Shown piece after piece: positions 1-13,798 of a stretch of 64,000 bases of DNA. A program made the translations under genes and the position numbers. The first letter of the stretch is position 1; each line of letters begins with the position of its first letter. The DNA is from Puccinia triticina (Eukaryota): the NCBI GenBank assembly GCA_026914245.1, contig CP110439.1, positions 5,952,001 to 6,016,000 of the forward strand, in the 5' to 3' direction. The notes under the pieces were generated by a model. That model worked only from the letters and a program-made list of their open reading frames with translations, was not told the origin of the DNA and did not search any database.

Positions 1-79
1 TGTTTTCTTTTATCATCTTCCTAACTTACACGCGCTCAATATTTGTATTCAGCGGTAGTCACAGAAGAGACTACCCCTG

Positions 80-530
80 ACACCTTTAATGACCATAAAA
101 CCCCCGAATGTAGCAGCTACAGTCTGATCAGTTCCCAAATATCACTACTTGTATAGTTTCTGGGTGTTTCTGCCACTATATCCCATACCAGCGTGGGAAT
201 CCTTCTGCCATATGGTTACCAAAATGTTTACGGGCCCCCAAGGATTCATTATGGACCTTAAGTCACCACAAAAACGCCAAACGTAGCAGCTACAGTCTGA
301 TCAGTTCCCAAATATCACTACTTTGGTGGTTTCTTGGTGTTTCTGCCACTATATATCATCCCAGCATGGGAATTCTTCTTCCATATGGTTCCCAAAGTGT
401 TGAGGGCCCCCAAACATTCATTATGCACCTTTACTGACCAGAAAACCTCCAAATTTAGCAGCTACAGTCTGATCAGTTCTCAAATATCACTACTTGCGTA
501 GTTTCTTGGTGATTCTGCCACTATCCAAGT
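80..530 (+). repeat. ~173-bp tandem repeat, about 3 copies
   Basis: Core TAGCAGCTACAGTCTGATCAGTTC starts at 111, 284 and 456 (periods 173, 172). Same family as 3866-5680. Confidence 0.9.
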
Positions 531-1297
531 AAATTAAAGCCTCAGGTTCGTACAAAAAGAATTCAAGGGTTCACCCTACAAAGTAGCCAAAACAAAACAA
601 AAAAATCAAGGGTTTCCCCTTTTACAAACCACAGAAACAACAAACAATAACTCTTGCCACAAACACCCAAAAAACAAAATGAATGCACACAAATTGCTAC
701 AAAAAAACCAGCCTGCACCCAGCCACCCAGCGCAGCAAGCTGACACACCGTGGCCCAACACCCATCCCTGTCTAGCAGGGTCAAAAAGTGTTGGGAAGAA
801 GACCCCCAGCCCTAAAGCACAGGGGGGCCCACAAATATCCACCGCCGGACTGCGCAATTGCAACAGCGGACGGTGGTGAGACAACCCCTTGGCTGGAATT
901 ACAACTTTGGGAGTCAAATGGGGATTAACCAACCAGTCCGCACACCTTCTTATAGCCACTGCCCCCCACCTTCATCCCTCCTTGATGCCCGCACTCACCA
1001 CCAACCACCCTACTTGCACCTATCAATCCATCCAGTCACCTAGGCAATGACCACCAACCACCTTGTTTCCACCTCAATCAGCCTCCTCCACACCGCCATG
1101 CCAACCCATTGCCTCGGCAGCCACTACCACTCCATGACAACTTAGCTTTATTCCGCCGCCCAACCCACACCCATCACGACTCCTCCCTCTGCCCCCAACC
1201 AATCCGTCATAACCACCCCCTAGCCTCCCGCCACCACGCCAACTTGCCCCCAGCCTGAAAAAGCCTCATACCCATATCTCCCGCCACCCACATCAAG

Positions 1298-2131
1298 GCT
1301 GTCGAGGTGTGCGGCCGCTTGGACATGATCTTTAACAAATAATTTTGCTCTCCTGACCCGAGAGCGGCCGATCATGCAAGCTGAAGGTCTTGGTACATTC
1401 AGTGCGGGGATCATGCATCCTGACAACTCGGATGCCGTCCAGACGGAGGAGAAGATCTGGGACCTCACAATGCGTGTGAACTGCAAAGGGGTCTGGTGGG
1501 GTTGCAAGTATGGCATCCAGGCAATGCTCGCTAACCCCGTGGATGAGAGCAAGGGCCTGAAGCCGGGCGGAAGCATCATGGTTCCAGATACCGCAAGCAA
1601 GGGCGCCGTGTTGGCAATGACTTGAGAACTGGCAATGGTCCACGCCCAAGACGGGATCCGAGTGAATGCGCTTTGTCTGTGAGTACTGCTCGAGCTACAG
1701 CCACTGCAAAGACGCCACCTGACCGGCTCTTCTCTCTGCCATGTAGAGGTCCTCTTTGCACGCGTGAGTTTCTCGGGCCCAGATGACGACGTTTCGAGCA
1801 GAAGCGGTTGTCAAACAGCCCCGCTAATGGACTTTTTGAACACTCCCGAGAAGCGCGAGCACAGGGTGGTCCATCTCCCAATGGGCCGGTTCGGCAAGGC
1901 AGTTGAGCAGGCCCGGGTCGCATTGTTCCTTGCCTGCAAGGACAGCAGCTATGTGACCGGCACAGACTTTATGGTCGATGGCGGCGCACATGCCTGTTAT
2001 GTTGTCAGTCTCACCCGCCGCCACTCGTTCCCCTCTTCTTCTTTCCCTCCACTGACCGACTGTCTGTTTTTTCTTAGACTCCAACCGGTGAGCCTGCGTT
2101 CGGTCCCCTCAAGAGTCTTGCCTTGGCATAA
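1298..2131 (+). pseudogene. Short-chain dehydrogenase/reductase (SDR) pseudogene, 5'-truncated, intron-containing
   Basis: Motifs GRLDMIFNN/AGIMHPD, WDLTMRVNCKGVWWG, TASKGAVLAMT*ELA..GIRVNALC, LPMGRFG, SSYVTGTDFMVDGG. In-frame TGA near 1623, part of the catalytic region deleted, no N-terminal TGxxxGxG. Confidence 0.85.
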
Positions 2132-3510
2132 AAGATCCTCATTGCTCCATGAATGCCCCCTGTCAGTTGTATAACCACAAAACTCTCCTTGCGCGTCCTC
2201 TCTCCCGCCTTCATTTGCGTATATGTACTTCCCCTTTTTCCAAGTGTCACAAAGCCCGCAAGCACCGCCGAGAGACGTGAGGCCAGAATGTTGGACTTCA
2301 ATCATATCATACAGTTGGCTGCACTGATCGTCAGACTCAAGGCTGATAAGCCCCCCTCCCTTCCTCCCTCCTAGCAATGGTGAATGCGCCCTTAAGCTTC
2401 AGCCCCAGCTCGCCAAACCCACCAAGCAAGCCAGGGGAGTGGGGGTGGGGAGAATTATCCATCTGAATTCAAAGCGCCTGAACGGCAATCTGCTGCCCTA
2501 CCCAATCCGGCTGGAGTCGACCAACCAAGAGCTCGCGGCGATCCTCAAGAACCAAGTGATCCGGATCAAAAATGTCCTCTCAAGCCTCCAACTCCGCACC
2601 CTTGGCCGCATCTGTGAGGTCTTGTTGGCCCTTGGCAATGCCATTAAGATCCAGCCTAACGTGCTCCTGCATGAACTCAAATTTTTTGGACTCGCAACCA
2701 ATACTGCCGGCCTGTTTTGATCCTCCCACCCCTTCTGCTTCATTACATATTTATACATCTCTCTCTCGCTCTCCTCCAAATCACAGTTCCTTCTCTTGCC
2801 GGACAATCTCACCTCTATCGTGGTGATCTTTTTACATGCAGAATACCTAAAATGCCCCTAAAAACAAACTAAATGCAGTGTACAATGAGGCTTAAAATGA
2901 TGTTTTTTTGTAAAAAAAAAACTGTTGTGATGGAGATCAATTGACCAATCATTACCATCACATCACTCTTTTGCAATTGGTAATTTTGAAGTGTTAGGGC
3001 CTTTCTACTGTAAAAGGGGGTTCAAACAGACAGCTACAGTCAAAAGAAAACAACAAGAAGATAAATCAAGGCAGTTCTGTAGCCAAATTCCAAAACCCCA
3101 ACAAGAAATGAGCCAATTTGGCTCAAGTTTTGAATTAATCAAATCACAAAATTAACTTTCAATAAGTTTATGGCCTGAGTTAATGCACACAAGGTACATG
3201 CAATGCTGATTTGAACTGAATTCCCAGTGCAATCATGAAATTTTTCTTGTCAATCAACCAATTTAACAGGAAGGAACACCTCAATTGAGCCAATTTCTGG
3301 GGTAAGGATGGTTGGAATTGCAGGAACTGGCATTGAAAGTGTGAGCTTGCCTTACACTTTACATTATGTCCATAAAAAAATTTCATCAAATTGAGATCAA
3401 GTAGTAAAACAATTTGAGGTTACAGACGTCAAGCCTTTTTCAATGATACCATAGTTGAAATGGTCATGTGGGTTTTGGGAGATAATTTTGTAGAGACTGT
3501 AAAATGAAGA

Positions 3511-3596
3511 TGTGTCTGGTGAGAGTCGAACTCACGACCTCAGCTATGCTGAGACACATACTAGAGTGCTGCCTTTACCAACTAGGCTACAGACGC
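3511..3596 (-). tRNA. tRNA-Thr(AGT)-like gene with a short intron, possibly a pseudogene or tRNA-derived repeat
   Basis: Minus strand GCGTCTG-TA-GCCT AGTTGGTAA AGGC...CT AGT A...GTGAG TTCGACT CTCAC-CAGACAC-A. D and T arms are perfect, the acceptor stem has one mismatch, the anticodon stem is imperfect, and TTTT follows downstream. Confidence 0.7.
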
Positions 3597-3865
3597 TTGT
3601 GGCTGCCAGCTGGGTGGTTGGTTGGTAGTGCTCATGGGTCGATCCGACAGCCCTCCATACTGTGGTGATGCATCATGGTAGCAGACTAACAGACAACTCA
3701 ACAAATTTGATTATTGGTAGTGCACCACTGTTACTGGTAAAAGCAGGGGAAACACAGTGAACATTTATGAGATATTACCATGGTACCATCTTCATTATCT
3801 CAGCTAACCAGAGTTGGCCTGACACTTGCCATGCAATCTGCAGCAGCGCAGCCGCCTTGGCCTCT

Positions 3866-4520
3866 AGTATCCCATACCAGCATGGGAATGCTTCTGCTAA
3901 ATGCTTACCAAAATGTTTACAGGCCCCTGAAGATTCATTATGTACCTTTAATGACCACAAAACCCCCAAATGTAGCAGCTACAGTGATCAGTTCCCAAAT
4001 ATCACTACTTTGGTAATTCCTTGGTGTTTCTGCCACTATATCTTTTTCCCAGCATGGGAATCCTTTTGCCATATGGTTACCAAAATGTTTACAGGCCCCC
4101 AAAATCTCATCACGTACCTTTATTGACCACAAAACCTCCAAATGTAGCAGCTAAAGGCAGCGTGGGAATGCTTCGGCCAAATGATTACCAAAATGTTAAC
4201 AGGCTGCCAAAGATTCATTATGTACCTTTAATGACCACAAAACCCCCAAATGTAGCAGCTACAGTCCGTTCAGTTCCAAAATATCACTACATTGGTTGTT
4301 TCTTGGTGTTTCTGCCACTAGGTCACATCCAAGCGTGGGAATCCTTCTGCCAAATAGTTAGCAAAATGTTTACAGGCCCCCAAAGATTCATTATGTATCT
4401 TTAATTACCACAAAACCCCTCAATGTAGCAGCTACAGTCTGATCAGTTCGAAAATATCACTACTTTGGACGTAGTTTCTTGGCCCTATATCTGGTCCCAG
4501 TGTGGGAATCCTTCTGCAAA
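3866..4520 (+). repeat. 173-bp repeat array, forward arm (~4 copies, one truncated)
   Basis: Same unit as 80-530. Confidence 0.9.
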
Positions 4521-4550
4521 AACTTTAAGGGCTTGTTAAAATTTCAGTAA

Positions 4551-5680
4551 GCATATGGCAGAAGAATTTCCACACGGGGATGAGATATAGTGGCAGAAAG
4601 ACCAAGAAACTACCTAAGTAGTGATATTTGGAAACTGATCAGACTGCAGCTGCCACATTTGGGGGTTTTGTGTTCAGTAATGAAACTTTGGGGGCTTTTC
4701 AACATTTCGGTAACAATATGGAAGAAGAATTCTCACACTGGGATGAGATACAGTGGCAGAAACACCAAGAAACTACCAAAGTAGTGATATTTGGGAACTG
4801 ATCAGACTGTAGCTGCTACATTTGGGGGTTTTGTGGTCAGTAAAGATATGTAATGAAACTTTGGGGGCATGTAAACATTTTTTAACCACATGGCAGAAGG
4901 ATTCCCACGCTAGGATGAGATATGGTGGCAGAAGCACCACAAAACTGCAAAAGTAGTGATATTTGGGAACTGATCAGAGTGTCGCTGCTACATTTGGAGG
5001 TTTTGTGGTCAATAAAGGTACATAATGTAACTTTGGGGGCCTTTAAACATTTGGGTAACCATATGACAGAAGGATTCCCACAGTGGGATGAGATATAGTG
5101 GCAGAAGCACCAAGAAACTACCAAAGTAGTGATATTTGGAAACTGGTCAGACTTTAGCTGCTACATTTGAGGGTTTTGTGGTCAGTAAAGGTAGGTAATG
5201 AAACTTTGCCCGCTTTTCAACATTTTGTTAACAATATATTGGAAGAATTCCGACTCTGGGATGAAATATAGTGGCAGAAACACCAATAAACCACCAAAGT
5301 AGTGATATTTGGGAACTGATCAGACTGTAGCTGCTACGTTTGAAGGTTTTGTGGTCAGTAAAGGTATATAATGAAACTTTGGGGAAATTTACACATTTTT
5401 TAACAATATGGAAGAAGGATTCCCATGCTGGGATGAGATATACTAGCAGAAGCACCAAGAAACTACCAAAGTAGTGATACTTGGGAACTGATCAGACTGT
5501 AGCTGCTACATTTGGGGGTTTTGTGGTCATTAAAGGTACATAATGAATCATTGGGGGCCTCTCAACATTTTGGTAACCATATGGCAGAAGAATTCCCATG
5601 CTGGGATGGGATACAGTGGCAGAAACACCAAGAAACTACCAAAGTAGTGATATTTGGCAACTGATCAGATTGTAGCTGCT
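4551..5680 (-). repeat. 173-bp repeat array, inverted arm (~7 copies)
   Basis: Reverse-complement core CTGATCAGACTGTAGC (or variants) at 4635, 4798, 4970, 5143, 5316, 5488 and 5661. Confidence 0.9.
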
Positions 5681-6295
5681 GCATCATGGATGTGACCCCA
5701 AACACAATATTTCTGGGTTTTATATGCAGAAAAATTGTCCAATGAAATTTTAAGTGGAAATATTCCCCATTAATCTGTGGTTGACAACAAAGGTAGATAA
5801 AAAAAAGAACCTCACAAAAATATGCTAAACCATAGTAAACTAATTTCAAAAAGGGCTTCTATGCATGTAGCACTTCAAGTATGATGTGCAATATTTTCAG
5901 GCAGTTCAACCAACCAAATTAACAATGTGTGCAGGATGGTATCTTGAGAGAGGTCAATGGTCAATGTTTTTCCTTTTTTGAAAAAAAGTAGATTTGGAGA
6001 CTTCTGATAACATCAATTGTAGAAGTAAAAAAAAAAAGAAAAGTAAATTGAGACCCCTCAGCCACCCTGGATTAATCCTCAAACTTGCAATGTCTTTTTT
6101 TCATGAAGAATTGAATGGTGCATATAGAAATTTATGAATGTTACCAGACAAAAAAAAAATTCATGTGGCTTGAAGCAACTACAGAGGGAAGGAGAGAGAT
6201 TATAAAAGAGTATTAAGGAGACATGGAACACAGACAAAGGTATCAAGAGGAATAAAAAAAAATTGATCAATATACAACATCACAATTTCATCCAT

Positions 6296-9200
6296 CTTGG
6301 TGGTGTTGGCTAATTGAATCGCACCTTGGTTGTCCAACCAGATCATTGCTTTATCGGGTACATTGCGATGGACATCAAAAGTGAGTTTGCGTAGCCACTG
6401 AGCTTCCTGGGAAGCTGATAGATAAGCCTGGTATTCCGCTTCAGTAGACGACGCGCTTGGTCCACCCAACTTCTTGCTTTGCCATGACATTAATCCTCTT
6501 CCAGACATGAAACTTTAGCCACTAGTCAACAGGCTTTGCTTGTCTTCTGCCCAGCTTGAATCAACATACCTGATGATTTCATGGCCGCTATTAGGTTGGT
6601 ATAATATACCCCAGTCTGTTGTTCCTTTGAGATACTGGACAACCCTTTTGAATGCACTCCAATCGACATCATTGGGGTTTTCCAAAAATTTTGAAAGTTT
6701 GCCCACAGCGTAAGTGATATCTGGTCTGGTACATTGTGATAAGTAATTTAACGACCCTATGGCTGATTGGTAGTCCAGCCCTGTCTCTTTGAACAATTTT
6801 GTCTCTTGCTAGGTTGACTTTAGTAACTTGATGTTTGATTGCATTGGTGTGCCGGTGATTTTTCCATCTTCAAGTCCATATTCTTTGACTACGTTCTTAA
6901 TGTAGTGAGACTGGTTTAAAAACATGCTATTGTCAGTGCAACAATCAATTTTCATTCCCAGGATGTGTTGCGCCGTCCCCAAGTCTTTCCCAATTTTTCT
7001 GATGAGTTTGTTGGTGTTGCTTCCTGCTAAAATCAGATTGTCAACCCACACGAAGGCCAGATTGCCTTGGTCAGATATAAATAGACACAGGTCAGCCTCA
7101 CTAATCCAATATCCATATTGAATGAACCAATCTGTTGTTGTGGTATACCACCCTTGTGCTGCTTGCTTCAGCCCATATAATGTTTTCTTGAGTTTAATTA
7201 CAAATCCACTTGGTTCATCGATTAAGGCTCTCACTAGATCTTTAGTGTAAGCTTACTGTTTTGTTTCTCTTAAACATTCCACAAACCCTTTGGGTAGACT
7301 GATGTAAACGGCCTCATTGTCCTCCAGTTTTGAGTTTAGGTATGCTGTGACAAAATCTGCTTACCTTGGCTTGATTTTTCTTTGAATTGCATTGTACAGT
7401 ATGTACCACATTGTGCTTAGTCTTCCGGTGGGTGAAAAAGTCTCCTCGTAATTTATGCCTTCCTTTTGCTTACTTGCAACACACCTAGCCTTGCATTGTT
7501 TTATTGTGCCTTTGGTATGAAACTTCTTGTTTAGTACCCAGCAAGTATTGACTAAAGTTTTGGTTTTGTCTCTTTTCTCTTTAGGTGCAATTTTGAACAC
7601 TCCATTCTCTATGATGGAATCAAGCTTGGTGAAGATGGCTTTCCTCCACAAAGGCCATTCAGTTGATTTTTTCTGCTGTTCTAAAGCTGTCTGGTATGAT
7701 AGCATTTTCTCTTACAAATGTTTGTAACACCATTGTTTTGGACAGATAATCTTCTCTGTTTGATTCTTCAATTTCTTGTTTAAATGCAATATAGGACGTC
7801 CAGTTTCCATATCTATTGACCGGTTTCCTTTCTCTATTACTTGAGCAATTTTTTCCTTTTTCTGACTGTTCCTGACTATTAATGACTCCTTCTGGTATGT
7901 CCCCCCCTTCATTTATAGTCGGCTGGGTTTCACTTGGAGTATTGTTGGCTGCCGGTTCCCCTGCTTTTGGTTGCGATTCCTCAGCTTCAAACTTGTTGGT
8001 GAATATGTCCCCCATGTAGTCATCCTTTACATGAAAAGTAACATCTCTCAATCTTATTATTTTACCAGTCTTCGAGTCCCACACACGGTAGGACTTCATC
8101 TCTTTGTCAAATGCTACAAGAGTCCCTTTTTGACACCTTGGGTCCAACTTTCTGATACCTTGAAGGTGGTGAATGCTATAGAATACCACTGACCCTAAAA
8201 GTCTAATGCTGGTTAGTTTTAGCCCTGTTCCCCACATTTTTAGATAAGGGTTTGTTTTCTGATTTCAATTGTGGAGGAATACCGCTGTTGATAATAATTC
8301 TGCCCAAAGATGTTTAGGCAACTCAGCATCAATCCTGATTGTTTGAGCTTTTTCCATAATGGTGTGGTTCATTTGTTCCGCCGTTCTGTTATGCTGGGGA
8401 GTATTTTGAGTGGTGATTAGGTGGGAAATTCCCTTTTCCCCAAGCCATTGGTCCATATTTTGGTTGACAAATTCTCCTCCTCCATTTGTAATTATCCTTT
8501 TTACCTTTCTGTCTAGTCTATTTTCAATTGCGCTAACAACCCTTTTGACCTTGTCCTTGGCTTGACTTTTGACTTTCAAAATTCTAACCCATGCATATTG
8601 AGTGGCAGTATCTACAATTTTCAAAAAATACCACGATCCTCCGAGTAATACAGGCAATATTGGTCCCACCACGTCCGCTGAGAGTTCTTCTCCCGCCACA
8701 TTGGTTTGTTCACGTTGTTTCAAAAAAGGTTGCCTAGTTTGTTTACCTAGACGGCACACTTGACAGTTCTCCTGACCACATGGGTGACCCATTCGCCTAT
8801 GTCTTTCTAAGCTGATTTGACATGTGTTTTGTTTGCGTTCTAGATTAGGAAAGGGTAAGTGGTTGCTTATTTTCCTGTCAAAAAGTTTTCTTCTTGCTAT
8901 GGTAACCTCAAAGTTGTTCCCATTTGTCTTGCTTATCTGCGTGCCTCCGTTCCACAAAGAAGTTTGTGAAATTAAACAATACGGCAACAAAGGGACATGG
9001 TATGCATTGAGTAGGGTGACAGTATTATTGTTAGCAGTAAGTACAACATCACCTTTTCCAATGATTTCAACACTTCCCCCTACTTCTCCGATCTCTACCT
9101 TTTCATTGTGTTCAACGTAGTTGGTGAAGTCACTCCTCTTGTTGAACATGTGGTCAGAAGCACCCAAATCCAAGATTGTTGCGTCTGACGATGTCATAAC

Positions 9201-9332
9201 ATTGTTTGCAGAAACAACTTCCGTCATAGCTTGATAGGTACCATTGTTTATGGTTACTCCGATGTTGTTGTAATACCCGTTGGTTCCAAGATCTCCGAAA
9301 ATTTCTATCTTGGTGGCGATGGGGTCATAGAA
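6296..9332 (-). mobile_element. Ty1/copia pol (protease, GAG-pre-integrase, integrase, RT, partial RNase H), degenerate
   Basis: LDLGASDHM protease; HRRMGH..CQVCRLGKQ; integrase TNGGGEF..TPQHN; RT KARCVA, LKKTLYGLKQA, VWVDNL, YQSAIGSLNYL..TRPDI; RNase H SSTEAEY, DNQGAIQLA. Copia domain order, several stops and frameshifts. Confidence 0.95.
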
Positions 9333-9689
9333 CACCAGGAAAATATCAGACCAAATGGGGGCAAGTGACGTGAAGGCATCTCCAGTTCAGTCTCCATTCC
9401 AACTCCACTCGGCCCACCACTTGTACTGCTCATGCAATGAGCTTGTTTAATGTTCAGCTAGTATGCTCACCTCCATGTATGTACTTGGTTAGCACAGCTC
9501 ATCAACACATCAGGCCATATTATGCTCAGAACATGTACATACATGTATGTATGTATGTATGTACATACATATATACAAATGAGCTGGGCTTTCCCCTTCT
9601 CTGGTCATCCAGCTGGGTCTTCCCTTCACTCAATGGCACAGCTCGTGCTTGCAATGATACAGGGGCCTTGGGGTGGATTTGTCCAAGCC

Positions 9690-10520
9690 CTTGCATCAAG
9701 GAGGACAACACAGGGCCGGTGTGTATGGGCCATCGAGCAGAGGCAAGCCCTTGCTGGATTGCTGGTGTGTATGGGCCATTGAGCAGAGGCAAGCCCCTGC
9801 TTGATATGGGCCATTGAGCAGAGGCAAGCCCCTGCTCAATATGGGCCATCGAGCAGAGGGAAGCCCTGGCTTGATATGGGCCATTGAGCAGAGGGAAGCC
9901 CCTGCTCGATATGGGCCATCAAGCAGAGGGAAGCCCCTGCTTGATATGGGCCATTGAGCAGAGGGAAGCCCTGGCTCGATATGGGTCATTGAGCAGAGGG
10001 AAGCCCCTGCTCAATATGGGCCATTGAGCAAAGGGAAGCCCCTGCTTGATATGGGCCATTGAGCAGAGGGAAGCCCCTGGTTGATATGGCCATTGAGCAG
10101 AGGCAAGCCCCTGCTTGATGGCCGGTATGTATGGGCCATCGAGCAGAGCAAAGCCCCTGCCTGATGGCCGGTGTGTATGGGCCATTGAGCAAAGGCAAGC
10201 CCCTGCTCGATGGCCGGTATGTATGGGCCATCAAGCAGAGCAAAGCCCCTGCTTGATGGCTGGTGTGTATAGGACATCAAGCAGAGGCAAGCCCCTGCTC
10301 AATGGCCGGTGTGTATGGGCCATTGAGCAGAGCAAAGCCCCTGCTCAATGGCCGGTGTGTATGGGCCATCAAGCAGAGGCAAGCCCCTGCTTGATGGCCG
10401 GTGTGTATGGGCCATTGAGCAGAGGCAAGCCTCCCTGGATCACTCAATGGTGGACATGTGTACCGGTCATCAAGCAAAGCCCCGCTGGATGGCCAGTATG
10501 TACCGGCCATCAAGTGGTGT
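9690..10520. repeat. 35/46-bp hairpin-forming tandem repeat inside element A
   Basis: Unit ATGGGCCATTGAGCAGAGGCAAGCCCCTGCTTGAT (35 bp), with a GGCCGGTGTGT-extended 46-bp variant. Confidence 0.9.
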
Positions 10521-11069
10521 CAATGGCAATGGTCAGCCACACATTGGCCATAGTGGAAGACTTCCCGTAGGATCTACGCCCCCCGTACAGACTAAAATTT
10601 CACAGATATAAACCTTACTGGATGGTGAAAAGTGATTGAGATCAAGTTCTCACCAGCCAGTAAGGTTTAACCTGGCCTGACAGATCTGGCTTTTTAGCAC
10701 ACGGGAAGTCATCCAGTCAAGAGAGATCCGTCTCAAGGTGTAAATGCATATCCCTGCAACTGAAGCTGAACAAAAGTCTGAACTCCAAATTTTGAGCTCA
10801 GGAGTTCAGCAATGTTGTTGGATGAGTTGACTCAATCTTACTCACCGGTGTGCAAATGAGTAAAACAAAATGTTGCACAGACACCAGGGGGGAAAGTGTG
10901 GCACTCCCTGGAGAGTGCCAGACCGTATGTTCCTTTGGGAAGACTGTCTGATGTCAAATTTGTGAGCATGTGGGATTTAGGCTTCAAATATGTTGACCTT
11001 ATGTTCAACTCAGGCTGATCTTTGATCCACTCCATGGTGAACATGTTGGTAATTGAGTTGAGGGTACCC

Positions 11070-11990
11070 CCACTTGATGCCTGGTACACCCTGGTATTCT
11101 ACACTTAGTGGTGTGTTTCAGGAATCAATTTGAGACCCCCTCCACTCAATTAATGGGTTGTAAAGTCATTGAGTGGAGATTCCCTCCACTTGATGATTGT
11201 TGGACAACCATTGATTGAAGGTTGTGTCCACTCAATGACCATATCTAAATTACCAGCCACCAAGTGGATACATCCTCCACTCAATGACTGGTTTTTAATG
11301 TCATTGAGTGGAGGGATTCTCCACTTGAGGACTGGTGTGTATACTGGCTGTTGAGTGGGGGGGTTCCTTACTCGGTGACTGGTTCTACTGGCCATTGAGT
11401 GGAGACACCCTCCACTTGATCACAGCTCACTAGGATGGGAAAATCCCAGAGCATTGACCAGTAGTGCATGTTGGTCATTGAGCCGGGCCTCTCCCAGCTT
11501 TAAGGACTGTATTTACTGTACTCAGCGCGGGGAAAGTCCTGGCTTGATGGACAGTATGTACTATCCATCCTGCTGCACTTTTCCAAGCTGAGTGGCCAGT
11601 GTAGGCTGCCTACCGCGCTTGGAAAGGCTGACTAGATGACCAGCATTTGCTGGTCATTGGGCCAGGGCTTCTCGCTGGATGACCGGTATCTACTGGTCAT
11701 CGGATTTGAGCTCGGAGAGGCTGCAGATCGATGACCAGGGCATGATGCCTGTCAAGCGCGGCCTCTCTGAACTCAATGGCCAGTTGGTGTTGGCCATCCA
11801 GTCGGAGAAGCCCTGGTCCGATGACCAGCACCTATTAGTCATCTTTCTGGGCCTGTCTGAGCTTGGTGAGCAGCCTGTACTGTCCACCGACCTCGGAAAA
11901 GCCAAGCTGAATGAACAGTATTTAGTGTACTGTTCATGGAGTTGGGGCTTTCCCAGCTCAATGACCAGCAAATAAAGGTCATTGAGCCCG
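11070..11990. repeat. Degenerate hairpin repeats (TCATTGAG...CTTGATGA family) inside element B
   Basis: Recurrent GTCATTGAGTGGAG..CCTCCACTTGATGA units, related to those at 9690-10520 and 34200-35400. Confidence 0.6.
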
Positions 11991-13208
11991 TGTAAACAAG
12001 CAACTCGCCAATGTCCACCCTGATGTTTGGCCGAACATGACAGTGGACATAGCGACAAAAAAAAACACGCTCCCCGGGGACACCCGGGGATACAGAGCTG
12101 ATCCCTGTTGCCCCGCTGCCACCGTAGTTGACTTGTGCCCAGATTGAAACTCCTGGAACACAAGCTTTTTTGGTGATTTGCTACACATATGAACACCATT
12201 TTTGCCACTACAAAATGATGATGATTTTGATTGTTCTGGATTCAGCAGGTCAAAAGAGCATCATTCTTATCTTACACCTGGTGCTAATAATTACCATGTG
12301 ATAAGAGCAATCAACCCCATTTTGTTGCACAATGGCCACGGACATAATGGTAGGTGTGATGAAGGTATGCTACCTGGAGGAAAAAATTGCCCAAAAAAGT
12401 CAGGCAAAAGGTGTGAAGATGATCAATCTACAAGACAAACGGTATGACCCTGCATGCTGAGATGTGTGTGGACATTTCAGAGTTGAATTTTCACCTCAGA
12501 GTTCAGACCAGCTATTGAAATCTTTCTCCTGCTGGTTCCAGGATCATCAAAATATTGATGCATCTATTGATATCCACCAATCTGCCCCCTTCCCTCTGTG
12601 AAGCTTAATAATTTTAACCTCTAGCTGCTACATTTTTCAGTCAGATGGAGGTCAAGTGAAGGAAAATTGTGCAATGTGTATTCACATACAAAAGGTGCAT
12701 GGACCCATATGAACAGCTGACTGTATGGCAAACTTTAGCCTGCATAAGTGGACCATCACTTGGTAAACATCGTTGGTGAAAAGGCCTCTTTGATTGTTCA
12801 CATTTCATATTACAGGGAGGGAAGACAGGTTACAGAGGTTTTCCCAGCTTTCACACTGTGTTATACTCAAAAAAGAGAAATTTAATTTTACATAACTTTC
12901 CTCCCAATTGATGAAGGGAACAGGCATGGCAGAAATATCCCACAAGGATTAATCTACCAGTTAACTGAGTCTTTGTGGTTGCTATAATTTACAGCTATCT
13001 TTCATTATGTGATTTTATGTGGGTTTTGATTGAAAAAAATCAGCCCTGAAAAATCTTCCTTCTCACTTGGTCAAGGATATCTTTGAGCATCAAGATAGTT
13101 ACATTCTTGGCAAAACATGTTGTGAATTGAAGCTCACATCCTGGATTTTGTTTGATATGAACCAAACAGAAAATTTCAACTAAGATATTTCCATGTGTTG
13201 GAATATTC

Positions 13209-13270
13209 TTGAGTTACAGATCATCCCGCAACCACTTCACCTACAGTTACACATCTGTTGGGAAGAAAAT
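13209..13270 (+). repeat. 62-bp direct repeat flanking element C (second copy 30517-30578)
   Basis: TTGAGTTACAGATCATCCCGCAACCACTTCACCTACAGTTACACATCTGTTGGGAAGAAAAT is identical at both sites. Confidence 0.92.
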
Positions 13271-13798
13271 GCACAGACCCACTTCCCCCCGGGGGGAACT
13301 TGGGGGTTTTCTTTTTTTTCTTCTTTTTTTTTCTTTTTTTTTAGGTGGGGTCTTTCACACCTGAGGATCAGTGCTCAGCTTATACTCAGCAGCTGATGAT
13401 AGTTCCACATTTTTCTTTTGGGACTTAATGTACTATCTTTCTGTAGTTCATAATAAATTCAGAAAGCTTAAAAATCACAAATCCTTTCTTTAATTCACTC
13501 TTTTTAGTTTTTTTTTTTTAGATTCAGGCTACATAAATGAGGGTCCAAGTCCAATCATTGGCCTCGACTGCCTCAAAGAATCCTACTAAGCCTAAGCACA
13601 TGTACAGTCAGTTACTAGTACTACAGAGGCATTTTTGAATTGATTTTAATAATTCTTACCTCCATCTCCGCGTAGATCGTTGCGCATGAATGCTACATGG
13701 TCTGGAAAATAATATTTGTCCCGGCCAAGCTTTGCGCGGGACCACCATTCCTTGAGTTCTAAAACCTTTGCCTTGAGCCCCCATTCCTTGAGGAGGGG

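Noticed and set aside
2377..2826. Coding-like GC-rich fragment (similarly the Lys-rich fragment at 31805-32524)
   Set aside because: Strand and product could not be assigned from sequence alone.
3723..6302. Possible CACCA...TGGTG element with GTG on both sides
   Set aside because: Only 5 bp of inverted match, and the copia RNase H does not resume left of 3720.
9437..10611. Many overlapping ORFs (also at 3767-5849, 34338-35509, 38059-38869 and 41931-42569)
   Set aside because: Translations of tandem repeats in several frames, not genes.
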